A DNA stretch of 64,000 nucleotides, taken from contig OX597817.1 of assembly GCA_951406725.2 (NCBI GenBank), positions 101,990,001 through 102,054,000 on the forward strand, given 5' to 3'. The notes beneath the pieces are model-generated. The model searched no databases. It was not told the origin of the DNA and saw nothing but the letters and a program-made list of their open reading frames with translations. Of this stretch, positions 38,775 through 52,551 are shown piece after piece. Each line of letters starts with the position of its first letter. Position 1 is the first letter of the stretch. The DNA comes from Octopus vulgaris. Taxonomy: Eukaryota. The position numbers were made by a program, and so were the translations under genes.

Positions 38775-39947
38775 AATGGTAATCAAGTTTTTTCTTTTCC
38801 TTAGAATATGGAATTGCATATGGTCATTCACTCCAGTTAAACCCAGGTCTGATGTAGATTCTGTGGTGCAATAGAGATCGTCTTTTATGCCACCTATTTG
38901 AAATAAGAAAATACACAGGAATTAATTCTCTATTGTATATATTTCAGGTATTGTGTGTGTGTGTGTGTGTGAAACTAGCAAATGAGAATAAACAATTATG
39001 TGCATTTTTAAAGTTTTATGTTGTTGTATAACACCAGAATGCACTGACTGAGCCAACCAATGATCAAAGCATTACAGCTTTGCCCATCGCATCCTTTCTT
39101 TGGGATACATTACCCAAAAAGTCACAAGGAAATGACTTGTAGTTTATATTGTGTCTTGTGTTCTGAGTTCAACTTTGCCTTTTGTCTATCTAGAGTCAAT
39201 AAATGAAGTAATGGACTAGTGGAGTTGTTAGAACATTGACTGGTATGCATTTGTTCTGGCTCTTACTTTCTGAGTTGAAATATTTCTGGTATCTATTTAG
39301 GTGGTAGACTTAATACGTTATTCAGTTTAAAGCCATTGCTTTGGGTGCCTTTAGCTGAATTCACTCTCTTATAGGCATTTTGGCCAGGTATCTGGTTTGA
39401 AGCTACTTCCTCCATTCTGAGAGATCCTGAAAAATGGTCTTGGACACTGCTTTATCTCTTGACTAAGTAACAGGAGTATAATTACATTGTGAAGTAGAGA
39501 CAACATTTCAGACTGTTCCTTCATTTGGAACACAAAAGAAGGTCATATAAAAAGTAGGCAAAACAAAAAACAGCATAGAATGGAAGTGGAACAGCACAAG
39601 TGTTGTGCTGAATGTAGTTTCATGGGCAAAAGAGGGCAGAGGTGAGAAGTGATGAAGTATGAGTTTGTGTACTCTGGAGATTAGGGTAAATGGTTAGGCT
39701 ATTACGAGACTAACAGTTTTCTTATCGGCTGGCTGTCCAGGGGAGATAACCCGTCCTCATTAACGTTCTTTACGTTAGCCGCTAAACCTTGTTATCCTAG
39801 CATTTCTTCAAATCTGCGAGGTAGGAAGTTAAATTTTGTCTTTGTAGAGTCTGATAAACTGTCCACAAGGCTGTAGCTTTCATGGATACAAAACCATTGG
39901 TAACTCAACGACCAGATTTTAACTTTATGTTTTAATATATACATACA

Positions 39948-39983
<36 letters not shown>

Positions 39984-40214
39984 AATGGTAAGACAACAAA
40001 AGAATGAAAGAGACCTCGATATTATGTAAATAGAGGAATTTATCGGTAAATATAACTCGGAGTTTTATCATGGCTACTGAATAATTGTCACATATTATAT
40101 TTACAGATATATATATATATCTGGTTCGCCAGTCCTCAGTCCAATCATCCAACCCATACTAGCATGGAAAGCGGACGTTAAAGGATGGAGTCAAACGTAT
40201 TATTCAAATCTTTA

Positions 40215-40625
40215 TAGGCGCAGGAATGGCTGTGTGGTAAGTAGCTTGCTTACCAACCACATGGTTCCGGGTTCATTCCCACTGCATGGTACCTTGCGCA
40301 AGTGTCTTCTACTATAGCCTCGGGCTGACCAAAGCCTTGTGAGTGGATATGGTAGACGGAAACTGAAAGAAGCCCCCCATCGTATATATGTATATATATA
40401 TGAGTATGTATGTGTATATGTTTGTGTGTCTGTGTTTATTCCCCCAACATCGCTTGACAACTGATGGTGGTGTGTTTACTTCCCCGTAAGTTAGCAGTTC
40501 GGGAAAAAAGACCAATAGAATAAGTACTAAGCTTCCAAAGAATAAGTCCTGGGGTTGATTTGCTCGAATAAAGGTGGTGCTCCAGCATGGCCGCAGTCAA
40601 ATGACTGAAACAAGTAAAAGAGAAT
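40215..40625 (+). mobile_element. tRNA-derived SINE, family A, best-preserved full-length copy
   Basis: GGCGCAGGAATGGCTGTGTGGTAAGTAGC (A-box-like) ... GGTTCATTCCC (B-box-like), microsatellite and tail. Confidence 0.9.
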
Positions 40626-41399
40626 GAGAGAGAAATACTTCGGACATGTTTCAAAGAAAACATTAATATTATTCCAGAGGGAATAATATATATATATATA
40701 TATATATACTGGGATTAAGGGCAAGCTGTTTTGCCTGTCTGTGGCTTTCAAGTTTTTTAACACTCACCATTTTGAGGGAGTCATCCCGCACCATGCTAAA
40801 CTGTCGAGTACCAGCAAACAAGCAAGCAAAGAACATACATTGAGTATGGGCAGTTGATAATGTTTACAACATTGGCACTACTTCTAATTCATAATTGAAT
40901 GTGTGTGTGTGTGTGTGTGTATTTGTTTATTTAATGTCTATTTTCCCATTCTTGCATGTGTTGAATGGGGACTTACTTGAGGCAACATTTTACAGCCAAG
41001 TGCACTTTCTGTCACTAAGCTTACTTGTTTTCCAATTAAAGGATCTTTTATTTCAATGGTCTTCAGAAGTGCAGAGCATGTCAATATAAAGGGATGTTAA
41101 GGAGGAAGGCTGTGTTTATAGAAGGAAAGCAACATAATTATCAATCCTAACTAGGTAAGCTGCATTTAGTTAGATCAAGTATTGACAATACAAGCTAGTG
41201 ACGAGATATTTTGTGTAAAACAACACTACAAATGATATCATCCTGGTATATGTGACCAGTAAGATTAAAGTACTGATCTATAGATTGAAGTGCTCTTCTA
41301 TAGTAGCAGCAAACATCTAAATAATATTCCTATAATGATTTGCAAAACACTAACTGTTTTCTTCAGTATACAACAAATTGCAGATTTAATGTTTCATAC

Positions 41400-42620
41400 A
41401 GTAAATAATGTTCTTGTTGGTGAGCCAGTCAGCAATATGAAAAGATGACTTAGGTCCTGATAGGATGGGGATGTTTTGGACAAAAGAGTGAATGTTGGAT
41501 GAAGGTACTATGCACTAGGTCATGTAGATTGTGATTCCATTTGAATAAAAGGGTATCCAAGGGAGATGTAGGAAATGGTGGGATCGGATTGGAGAAGGTT
41601 GAAGCTCCATAAGATGGTAGGTTGGAGAAGTAAGATGGGGAAAATAGGGAGCTGTTTTGTGGTGGGACAGATATGAGGAAAGAGGATAGAGACACAGTCA
41701 AAAGTGTATGCATGACAGCAAGCAGTATTAATCATTTATGTGGTGTGGCAGTTGGATTCTCAATTATGAAGGTAGTGAGACAAAGGAAATGTGATTAAGT
41801 GTTGATAAAAGACTTGATGAGATAAAGTCAAAATAATAAGAGCTGATGAGATTGTTAAAATGGAGGTAAAAAGGTTAGTGTGATCAACAGAAACAGGTGT
41901 CCAGGAAGTGGGTAATGGGTATGAAATTTAAGGCCAGATGGATGGAATTGGTGCATGCCAATATAGTCAATATTGCAACGTCTAGCTTCAGGGTGGGTTA
42001 AGGGAAGATTTCTGTCTCAGTATGATTGACAAACAGGTTGATGCAGTTGAGGCCTGTCCTGATGCCTATGGCTAACCAAGTGATCTGGTAGGAATCCCTA
42101 AGAGAAGTAGTTTAGAGAGAGGATAAATGTAGCGTCACTGGGCCCAAACAATGTAATAATCATGAGAATATTTTACAGCTTGAACACTAGGGTCTTGTGG
42201 AATGAAAATATAGAGTGACTTAATATCAGTAGTGAAAAGAAACTGAGAGGCCAGGTGGGGAAAGAGGAGTTTAAGTGGAACATGGTGTGGTTGGTGACAG
42301 GAATGTGTGAAAAGCTGCAACCAAGGTGGGAAGAGGTGATCAAGGTATTTGGAGATAAACCGGTTTCAGAAATGATGTTAGCCTTATAAATCATGAGGAG
42401 GAAGCAAATTATGAACGTATGTGGTGTGCAGGATAAAGGTTGATAGCTGTTGGGAGGGGGAAAGAGCAAAATGAGTTGACAAATGGTTATGGATGAGATT
42501 TTAGTTGTGAGGAGTAAAGGTTTCAAGGAACAGTTTACAGTAAAGGCATCAAGGTGCTGCTGAAGCATTTCAATGTTGTTGAGGTCAAACTACCACATCA
42601 ACCATTGTTGGCTGGTTTGA
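41400..42620 (-). mobile_element. Heavily decayed Penelope-like RT region
   Basis: - strand remnants FLFTTDIKSLY..IP and YQ....AIG (G.AMG-like motif). Confidence 0.55.
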
Positions 42621-43179
42621 CTGTTGTGTCAGTCAAGTTTCTCCTGGGTGTTGCTAAGGTTTCTTAAACACCTCTGAAAATTGAGATGGTCCAATGAATA
42701 CAAATTTATGAACAGATCCAAGGTCCTGAATTGCCCCTTGTGAGGGACACTGGCTGAGGTCAGTGACGCAGTCAGAGTTGCTGAGCCCATTCAGTTTGTT
42801 GTGAAAAAAGGCACTACCTGAAATGTTGAATTTTCTTCCATTTATTCTTCTCAGCATGTTCTCTTTTCTGTTGTTTTTCTACCAAGACTTTTTGGATGTT
42901 CCCTTGCTACACTGACACAAATCAATCAAATTACCACTGGATTTACATTATCCACTTTGTCCTTTTATTAAGTGGGTAGTTTTTAACTAGGAGGTTTAGC
43001 TGCTATTTCTAACAGGTGGAATGACTATATAGAAGGTCTCATTTGCTTTTAATATTCTTAGTTGTGTAGCTATGAATGTTAGTGTACCACTGTCTATATA
43101 AGTGTGAGTATATTTGGTTTTTCATTTTATGCAAGATTTATTGCTTTCACTTTTTACCATTTCTGATGTTTCCCAGCAT

Positions 43180-44200
43180 AGCTTCTTTTTATTACTTAAG
43201 AGTTATAGAATCCCACAGACCTATTACCTCCTTAAATACACCTTCAAAACCTTTAGAAAGATGCATCTTTGATATCACTAACCTTCACATTCCCCAAATT
43301 ACACACCAGATTCAAACTGCTATATTCAACCATCACATTACTCATTCACCAAAGACAAAAAATACATAACTTTTAGTCTCTGCCATCTTAACTACCAATG
43401 ATACCAGTAAAGCATTTGAGTCCATCTTTCACTACCTAATTAAGAAACTACGCAAAATGTTGGATTGTGAACAATCTCTTGGACCAGCAAGCAGAATTAA
43501 CATACAATATCTTACCTATAATCTGCTATTTGTCAAATGGAATAACACAAAGACCCAGCTTGCACCTACACTTTTCAACTTGTATCAACACAACCTTCCC
43601 ATGCCTCAAAACATAGTTTGATCTCAGGTAACATCACATTCACATCTTACCAGTAGTCCTGAGAAATCTGGCTTCAAAACACCATCTCTTCTCACCAGCA
43701 ACACAAACAACAAAAGTACTAGACATTGCATACAACACCTCTGAAACATTTACAGCACTTGTAAAAACCATAAAGAAAGTAACAGATATACTAAGAACAT
43801 GTTCAGGTACCACATTTTACTATTACAAAGAAATAACATTAGATTACAAACAGTACTTTTGATCGATCATAGATTTACCTGTACAACAAATCATAAACTA
43901 CAAAGAACATATGGAGAGCACAGCTACAAACTACTGGCACAACAAAACAAAAAAATTTAAAAGGATAAATCATCCAGACATGCAAGGGCACAATTTATTG
44001 CTACAGTAAGCTACAATTCTTACAGTCTTACCATGAAAAGCACAATCATCCCCAAACTGACATAGCTACAATACTCTAGAATGCTACTATAGCACCATCC
44101 TGAAAACACTATCCCTCGGTCCTGCTACTAAATCCAGACAAATAAAGAAGCACCCACAAAAATAGCAGAATCAACTATTATGATCACCACCAGAATCTGA
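43180..44200 (+). mobile_element. Heavily decayed LINE RT region
   Basis: Remnants SHRPIT.L, D.SKAF and LAPTLFNLY. Confidence 0.5.
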
Positions 44201-44388
44201 TATTCAGAAACATGCTGTATAGAGAAGTAAGTTCAGCATGCTTAGACTATGTACTGCTCTATATATAATTAATCACTGCATCATGTATGGAATACATCTT
44301 GTTATGTGACCAACTACCTACAAGCTGTAGGTCTGCTCAGTCAGGTCTGACATGGCTCTACACTGCAACATAAAAATAAATTGGAACA

Positions 44389-44925
44389 ATTCTGGTTTAA
44401 GCACCACACATAACTCCACATTTTCATTTTTTGGAGTTTACAGAAAATTTTTGTAAATTTGTATTCTATACATGGGAATTCATACAATTATGAAGAAAAA
44501 TTCTTTTTCAAATTTTTTAAACCTGACCCACTCCCCATAAATCCAAAAATTTCTACTCTTTCTTAAAAAATTTTTTGTTTTAAAATCAGAGTTTAAATTA
44601 AGGATAGTTTGAATTTTTTGCTTAAATCTCAGCAATGGAACACTTTTGGGTACATCATCATTCCATTAAATGCATTTGTGGGAAGAAAAATACTGAAAAA
44701 CATCAATACAGATCACAGTGACAAAGAAATGAGGAAGATATTATATGGTCGTCGGATGTGCTGAAAATAACAGCTAAATCCCCCTTAAATTGCACACAAA
44801 ATTTTTTTTTGCATAATTGTATGAACTCCATGAGTAAAACACAAATTTTTGTAAAACTTTTCTGAAAATTCCAAAAATAAAAAAGATATGAGGTGTTATT
44901 TATATGGGGTGCTTAAACCAGAATT
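44389..44925. mobile_element. MITE-like element with long imperfect inverted ends
   Basis: AATTCTGGTTTAAGCACC ... GGTGCTTAAACCAGAATT, with degenerate complementarity continuing inward. Confidence 0.65.
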
Positions 44926-45415
44926 CCACCAAAAACTTTATATTGTTGCAATATATCTTGAGTTAATAGAGGATATTTTTTTTTAGTAAAAAAACTTAAT
45001 TTATTTGATGTTATCAGTGCTGCTGGGTATACAATTTTCATTTTAAATAAATTTAGCAAATGGTTATGTCTGTATAGAAGCAATGCTATATAGCAAGTTT
45101 GAAAAATTAGTTTGTGATTTTACAAAAATGCTAGGAAATCTCAAAACAATTCTGGTATTTTGATTTATTGAGTATCATCAACAATGTATATATATATGAT
45201 CTTTTATTTATTTCAGTCATTAGATTGCAGCCATGCTGAGATAACAGCTTGAAGGGTTTAAGTCAAATGAATTGATTTCAGTACTTATCTCTTTTAAAAC
45301 CTGGTACTTATTCTGTTAGTTGGTTTTCTCAAACCCCTAAGTTATGGGGCTGTAAACAAACCAGCACCAATTGTCAAGTGGTGGTAGTGGACAAATACAA
45401 AGACATGCATATATA

Positions 45416-45905
45416 TCATCATCATCATTTAACGTCCGCTTCAACTGGGGTCTGGGGAGCCCGAATATGCACCAGGCCAGTCGGATCTGGCAGTGTTTCT
45501 ACAGCTGGATGCCCTTCCTAACGCCAACCACTCCGAGAGTGTAGTGGGTGATTTTATGTGCCACCGACACAGGTGCCAGACGAGGCTGGCGAACGGCCAC
45601 GCTCGGATGGTGTTTTTTATGTGCCACCGACACAGGTGCCAGATGAGGCTGGCAGACGGCCACGCTCGGATGGTGTTTTTTATGTGCCACCGACACAGGC
45701 GCCAGACGAGGCTGGTGAACAGCCACGATCGGATGGTGTTTGTTACGTGCCCACAGCACGGAGGCCAGTCGATGCGGTACTGGCTACGGCCACGTTCGGA
45801 TGGTTTTCTTATGTGCCACCGGCACTGGTACCACAAAGATACAAATTCCATTGATGTTCATCTATTTTGATTTGGTTTGATTTTGATTTTCACTTGCCTC
45901 AACAG
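45416..45905 (-). mobile_element. RTE 3'-UTR fragment with a 63-bp tandem array and (ATG)n tail
   Basis: Reverse complement of about 18660-19256. Units start at 45558, 45621, 45684, 45747 and 45813. Confidence 0.9.
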
Positions 45906-45921
45906 ATATATATATATATAT

Positions 45922-48265
45922 ATTCGACAAATTCAACGAGGACGAATCGTTAGTCAGAAATAGGAGTAACTACACCCCCTCAAAAGGTAAGAACAAAACA
46001 CTTGATCATTTCTGTGAACACATCTCGAATTACCCATATCAACACAAGCACAAACAAAAACACAAACCAAACTTCAGCAAAAAAGAATGGGCTGAGCTGA
46101 ACAAATTAAAACATGACAAAACAATAACAAACAAAGAGGCCGATAAAGGGAGTGCAGTTGTTTTAATGGACACAACATTTTACATAACTTTAGTACTTTC
46201 CATGTTGGAAGACACGACATATTATAAAAAGGCCCAAAGCTACAGTCAACAAAAAAATAATGAGGGATCTAAAATCCATGTTAACCCCATACAAAGAAGG
46301 GCTCACTGATAAAGAATATGACTATATGACAAATTTCACAAGTAAAACCAGCCAATTCTACGGTATTCCCAAGATACACAAAAGTGAGAAAAAAAGTAAC
46401 GCATGCAAGATAGCCACAGACAAAATAATTAAAGTTCCTAATCCTAATGATCTCAAATTTAAACCTATAATAGCAGGTCCTGCATGCGAAACCCACCGCC
46501 TGAGTAACTTTTTAGATACCCTCTTACAACCACTCCTCAAACATATCAAAAGCTATATAAGGGACGACCTGGATATGCTCAATCACCTGCCTAATACTAT
46601 AAACAAAAATACCCTACTAGTATCCTTCGATATAGTCAACCTCTATTCCAATATCCCCCACAGCCTAGGAATAGAGGCAATTCAATTCTGGCTAGAGAAT
46701 CACGCCAACGAACTCTCACATCACATCAAAAAAGAATTTGTGATAGAAGGGGTTAAATTCATCCTGGAAAATAACTACTTCGCCTTCAAAGACAACTTCT
46801 ACCAACAAAAATCGGGGACTGCGATGGGTACATGAATGGCCCCTTCCTTTGCCAACCTAGTCATGGGATATCTAGAAATCAGTATTGTAAGGTTCTAGAA
46901 AGATATGGCAGCCCTTTCTCCCTCTACATAGAAAACAACTGGAAGAGATACCTAGATGACTGTTTCATTCTTTGGCATGAAAATATAGAGAAACTCAAAG
47001 AATTCCAAGCAATTTTAAATGGACTGGACGTAAACATCCAATTCACGATGGAATATAGCCAGCAACAACTCCCCCTTCCTTGATATCCTCATTAAGAAAT
47101 CTAATAATGTAATAGAAACAGATATATACTACAAGCCTACGGATTCTAAGCAATATCTTCCTTTTAATTCATGCCACCCCAGACACACCAGAATGAATAT
47201 CCCCTTCAATCTAGCAAAAAGGATATGCACTATAGTTTCTAATGCAAACACCAGAGACACACGACTACATGAACTAAAAGATACCTTCATCACCAGGAAC
47301 TACCCACCTTCACTAATTGACATATGCATTCAACGTGCCCTTCAACTCAACATCCAGGAACTCAGACATCCCAAATTAAAGAAAAATTTACGACCAAAAG
47401 CCTTACCATACATCTCCACACACAACCCTCTCAACAATGAAGCCTTCGACACCATCCTCCAAAACATACCCCTGCTACAAAAAGACCACAGGATGAACTT
47501 AATCCTCCAAACACATGATTATAAAAAGCAAGAGACAGCCCAAATCTATCAAAAGTCTCCTAACACAAGCCCGAATATACTCATCAACACAGAAGACGAC
47601 AGTAAAAAAATGTGGAAGACCCAATTGCGGGATATGCGATTATCTAATTGAGGGATCAGAGTTCTCCTTCAAACAGGGACAAGGTTCACAGTGAAAAGCA
47701 ACTTCACATGTGCTTTGGAGAACCTGATATATACACTAACCTGCTCTGTCATCCAACATCCCACTACTTCCATTTATATTCTCCCTTCTCTTTCTTCTTC
47801 TTCATCATCATCATCATCATCGTCGTCATCATCTTCTTCTTCTCCCCCCTCTTCTTCTAACTTTAGCACTAATGCTTTTTAGTATAACACCTACACAACT
47901 TCTATAAACAAACCTTTCAATAGAAATATTTTCATGAATTGAACAGCAGGAACTGCTAGCAACCACTGACCAACGACAATCAAGGCAATCCCAAATTCTT
48001 CCTCCCCTCCTCCTCCTCCTTCCCTACCAAGAATTCCCATGGACCTTGAACCCACAAGAGTAAACAAGAGAGACAGAGAAAGGCAGAATGCCACTTATAT
48101 TTGAACACTATACAAATATTCTTTTAAAAAAACTTTTCTTTTAATTTTTCTAAATCTAATTTTTCTATATTTAATTGTTACAGTTGAAAAGGTCTCAAAT
48201 GACCGAAACCGGTACTGAAATGTTCTTTATAAAATTATTTTAGCATTTTCTATCTTGACTTGTTT

Positions 48266-48270
<5 letters not shown>
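45922..48270 (+). mobile_element. Penelope-like element (Neptune-like): frameshifted RT, Cys linker, truncated GIY-YIG, 3' hammerhead; bounded by (TA)n
   Basis: Motifs ADKGSAVV, FYGIPKIHK, PIIAG, SFDIVNLYSNIP, GTAMGT, RYLDD, YYKPT, HP.H..NIPF, C.RPNCGIC and FTC...NLIY.L.C. Confidence 0.92.
48178..48220 (+). ncRNA. Minimal type I hammerhead motif with compensatory U3-A8 core
   Basis: CAG-TTGAAAA-GGTC tcaaat GACC-GAAA-C cg G-TA-CTG. Palindromic stem III ACCGGT, GUA site at 48212-48214, located at the 3' end of a PLE. Confidence 0.72.
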
Positions 48271-48301
<31 letters not shown>

Positions 48302-48523
48302 GTTTCTTTAGTTTCCATCTCCTAAACCCACCCACAAAGCTTTGATCAGCCTGGGGCTAGAGTTGAAAACTTTTGCCCAAGGTGCTATGCAGTGGGACCA
48401 AATCTGGGACCATGTAGTTGGGAAGTGAACTTCTTATCACACAATCATATATATATATATGATCAAATATATATATATATATATATAAATATAAAACAAA
48501 AGAAGAAGTTGCAAATATTTTTT

Positions 48524-48904
48524 GCAGGAAGTTAGAACTATTTTGGTATTATTTATTCTCCATTACATGTGTTTCCTTTGCTAATAGGAATTAACAAAGT
48601 TTTACGTTAGACAGACATGTAAAAGATTTTCCTATTAGAAATTATTCAGAATGAGAATTGAATAATACAAAATTTACATCTGGATGAAGCATTTATGTAT
48701 AGTTAGTAATCAGAAATAATACATGTAGTTGGAGGAAAGAAGAGAGAGCAAAATAAGCATGGGATGATGTATGCATGTAAACATATATATGCATGAATCT
48801 ATGTATGTGGGTATGTAAATGTGTATATATATCTATATATATATATGTATGTGTGTGTATATATCTATGTGTGTTTATATATGTACTTATAATATATGTG
48901 TATA

Positions 48905-48945
<41 letters not shown>

Positions 48946-49225
48946 ATATGAGTATATATAACTCTTACCTTTTTTTTATTTTGCCCTCCTCTTTCTCCCA
49001 ACTACTTATACTACTCCTGATTACTAACTATATATAAATGCTTCATCCAGACATAAATTTTGTGTTATTCAATTCTTAGTCTGAATAGTTTCTAATAAGA
49101 AATCTTTTACAAGTTTTTTTTTTTTTTACATGTTATCTAACATGTAAAATTTTGTAATTCCTAATAGTAAATGAAACATATGTAATGGTAAATAAAAAAT
49201 ACCCCCAAATTTTCCAACTTCCTGC
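48524..49225. repeat. Imperfect fold-back (about 190-bp arms) around a TA/TG microsatellite
   Basis: About 48524-48712 is complementary to about 49017-49225, e.g. TCTGGATGAAGCATTTAT.TATAGTTAGTAATCAG / CTGATTACTAACTATATATAAATGCTTCATCCAGA. Confidence 0.85.
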
Positions 49226-49385
49226 TTTGTTATACAATAATTTTGCAAACAATATTTCCAGAAATTTCAATTTGTATTTGGCATCTATACTATAACTACA
49301 GCAAATAAATACTGAATTCTAATAATGGAATAAGCAGATGTTCTTCAAGAGGTAACAGCTGAGATTTTACCCTACCTATCTATGT

Positions 49386-49432
<47 letters not shown>

Positions 49433-49444
49433 CTAAATAATAAA

Positions 49445-49709
49445 AAGACAAAGAAATTCTTTAACACATCTTTAATGATTCACTACAATTGTTTCTGAAC
49501 CAATTCTGCTTGTAATACCAGTTTACGCAAAAATTCAAGGCAAAAATATATGTAATGTTTATGGTTTTAGACATTAAAGTGGCACTTCATTAAAGGTATG
49601 TTTTCACATTGTGTCACAATTTTTGTGTAAACTGGTGTTGCAAGCAGAGTTGGTACAGAAATAATTGTAGTGAATCATGAAAGATGTGTTAAGGAATTTT
49701 CTTTGTCTT
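49445..49709. repeat. Imperfect fold-back (about 90-bp arms) next to (TA)n
   Basis: AAGACAAAGAAATTC.TTAACACATCTTT.ATGATTCACTACAATT is complementary to AATTGTAGTGAATCATGAAAGATGTGTTAAGGAATTTTCTTTGTCTT. Confidence 0.85.
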
Positions 49710-49912
49710 ATTACTTGGATTATAATTCACTTTTTGCCAAACCCACACAATGGTGTTAGCATCATGAAACCTGGATCTTCTACACTTGAAGAATTTCGGC
49801 ATAGTGTTGATAGTCCAGAACTCAAATTGAATGCTTTTCTGAAAATAGCCTACCTTTAAAACCTACCAGGATTTATTTATCTACCTGTCTATTTATCTAT
49901 CTATACAAGCAT

Positions 49913-49945
<33 letters not shown>

Positions 49946-52368
49946 GAGAGAGAAAGATAGCTCTGTAAAAGATTAAATGACATTGATCAAGGAGGCAAGC
50001 AAGAATTGCTGAGAAATTATGATTTTGAGTCCTATCATATCTCACTTACTACTAGGATTTGAGTAAAATACCCATTGACATAATATGCATGAAAACCAAA
50101 TCGTAACATTGGTGGTAACATAATGTTGTAAGAAATTTCGATTAACTAAAATTACCTCAACGTTGAAGAGAACCATTAGTTAAATGGTTGTGGGCTCAAG
50201 AAAGGCAGGGGAGGCAATTTTAAAATTTTAATTGAAAAAATATTACACAGTTCATTATTAATTGTTAGATTGAACAATCACACCAATCTCTTTGCTGATT
50301 CGCTAGTATTTTCCCCTCTCTGAAAAACAGAGTGGAGTCAAAAAAATTAACATGACAGACAGACACACATTAGTGAGTAGCTTTGTAAGGAATTCTGAAA
50401 AGGCTTTGATAAGAACCCAACTGAAAACTGATTACACATGAAGTATGAACACTGGCTGCTGAGGATCAAATCGATCATGATTATAATCATCAACAGTCAC
50501 TGGAAAAGAAGTTGTGTATTGTGTGTAATATTTAACTACAGGAAAAGTTGAGTGCAGTAATGTGTAATACCTAACTAACTTAAGGTAAAGTGAGTTGATA
50601 AAGTGACTGAATACATCCAAGGGAGATTATTATGTAGGTTTGAGAATGTGATGTAAACTGAAAAAAAACAAAAACGTTTGTTTTAGTTAAGGAAGACAGA
50701 CGTAATAGAGATGGGGGAGGTGGAGCGCCAGGAAATAATAGCTAGGGTTGATCTGAAAATGATGGACTTCTTTCAGGACCAGGCACATGAAGAAGTGCTT
50801 TATTGCAGTATATTTCCTTCACACTTCATAACCTAGTGCATGTCTTCATTGTGTTTTAGTAAGTAGCTCTGTAAGTCAAATCTGTAATGAACTGACACAA
50901 AAATCAAACAATATCTATTAATGTATTGGGACATTTCTTAAGTAAACAAGACCATTTTAAAAAAGAGACACTAAAATTTTATTTATGATTTAGTGTAAAA
51001 TTAGTAACAGTACACTATTTAATTGCATTCCATGTGTGTCACAAATTTAAGTGAAATTGTTAAATGTCAATTCTGAAATAAATTCTAAAATATTCTTTTT
51101 TGTCATTAAACAACAAATTTTTAAACATTTTTTAAAAAAAACAACAATGTATAAAAAGTTTTCTTTTTATCCAGGAACCAGTAAATCTAGAGGAATGTAT
51201 AATAACTGTAAAGTGGACTTGAGTTTCAGTTGAAATTACCTGCTTCCTACTTGAATTTTATTTTAAATTAATTAAAAGTTTATATTTTACAAATACTTTT
51301 GGTATTTGCATGAAGATTATTAAGTTCATTTATAAATTAAAATTGTGTGATTATGAACATGTTTGACGGAGTCAGCTTTAGGGAAATATAGTGTAGCAAA
51401 GAATTGATGATATAACAACTGTATACACAAGTAAATAAAATGAAGTCTATTTGTCACTTCTATGCTAAGTTGAAATACAAGTAGGTGGTCACTGAGAACT
51501 GCTTTGGTACTACAAAAGCAAAAGCAAACTAAACTTTGCATTGTATAAAAAGTATTGTACAGATACAGTTCATTGGAATGTAAACCAAAACAAACTATTA
51601 TTCTCCAAACGTATTGAAGGTTGATAACATGTATATCAAGAAATCTAGCTAATACTGTTTGATCATAATTAAGTTTAAGAATGCTATTTCATTTTCAATT
51701 TTGAATATAGAACAATAATGAAACAACTAAGAAAAGGAAACTTAAGTAACAAACAATTTAGTCTATAAAAATATTTCTTGAAAAAATACTATGGAAAAAT
51801 ATAATAAAGATGCCATGCTCATTTAATTAACACTTCTTTATATATGTCAATTACTAAATATCAGCTGTCTTCCAACTCAACAAATTTGTTAAATGAATAT
51901 TGCCTAATTTCACTACAATATTAAAAAATAAATTTTAAGAAAATGAAACATACAGATTGAAGTTGCTCAGTTTTATAACAAACTTACAATAGAAATAAGA
52001 AAAAAAATTATGAATTACACTAACTTCAGAAACACTTTGATGTTATTTTTCCATATTTGTATTCAAAGAAATGATATATGAATATCAACTTTATTTTAAC
52101 TATATTAATAAAGAATGAAAACTGAAAATATTTCTAAAAGTTAAATACAAATGATTTATGTCATTAACAGTTAATGACTAGGATGATTTGAGAGTGAAAA
52201 AGGGAAAGCATAAAAAATTATTAGAAAGATCTTTATTCTAATACTCACTAAATTATAAATAGATAGAGAGAGAGAGAGAGAACAAAGAGAGTATAGTTTT
52301 GGGACCAAGAAAAGCAACCATGTCAGAAATTATATGGCATCTCAATAATTATATTTTGCTAGCATCTA

Positions 52369-52551
<183 letters not shown>

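Larger units (their letters stand above)
45200..48445 (-). mobile_element. tRNA-derived SINE, family A, split at its microsatellite by an RTE 3' fragment and a PLE
   Basis: Tail half at about 45200-45412, head half at about 48300-48445. Confidence 0.7.

Noticed and set aside
40215-40290. tRNA genes
   Set aside because: The tRNA-like A/B boxes are SINE heads followed by SINE bodies. No complete cloverleaf is evident.
47775-47860. Poly-Ser / poly-Ile ORFs
   Set aside because: They come from a (TCA/TCT)n trinucleotide repeat.
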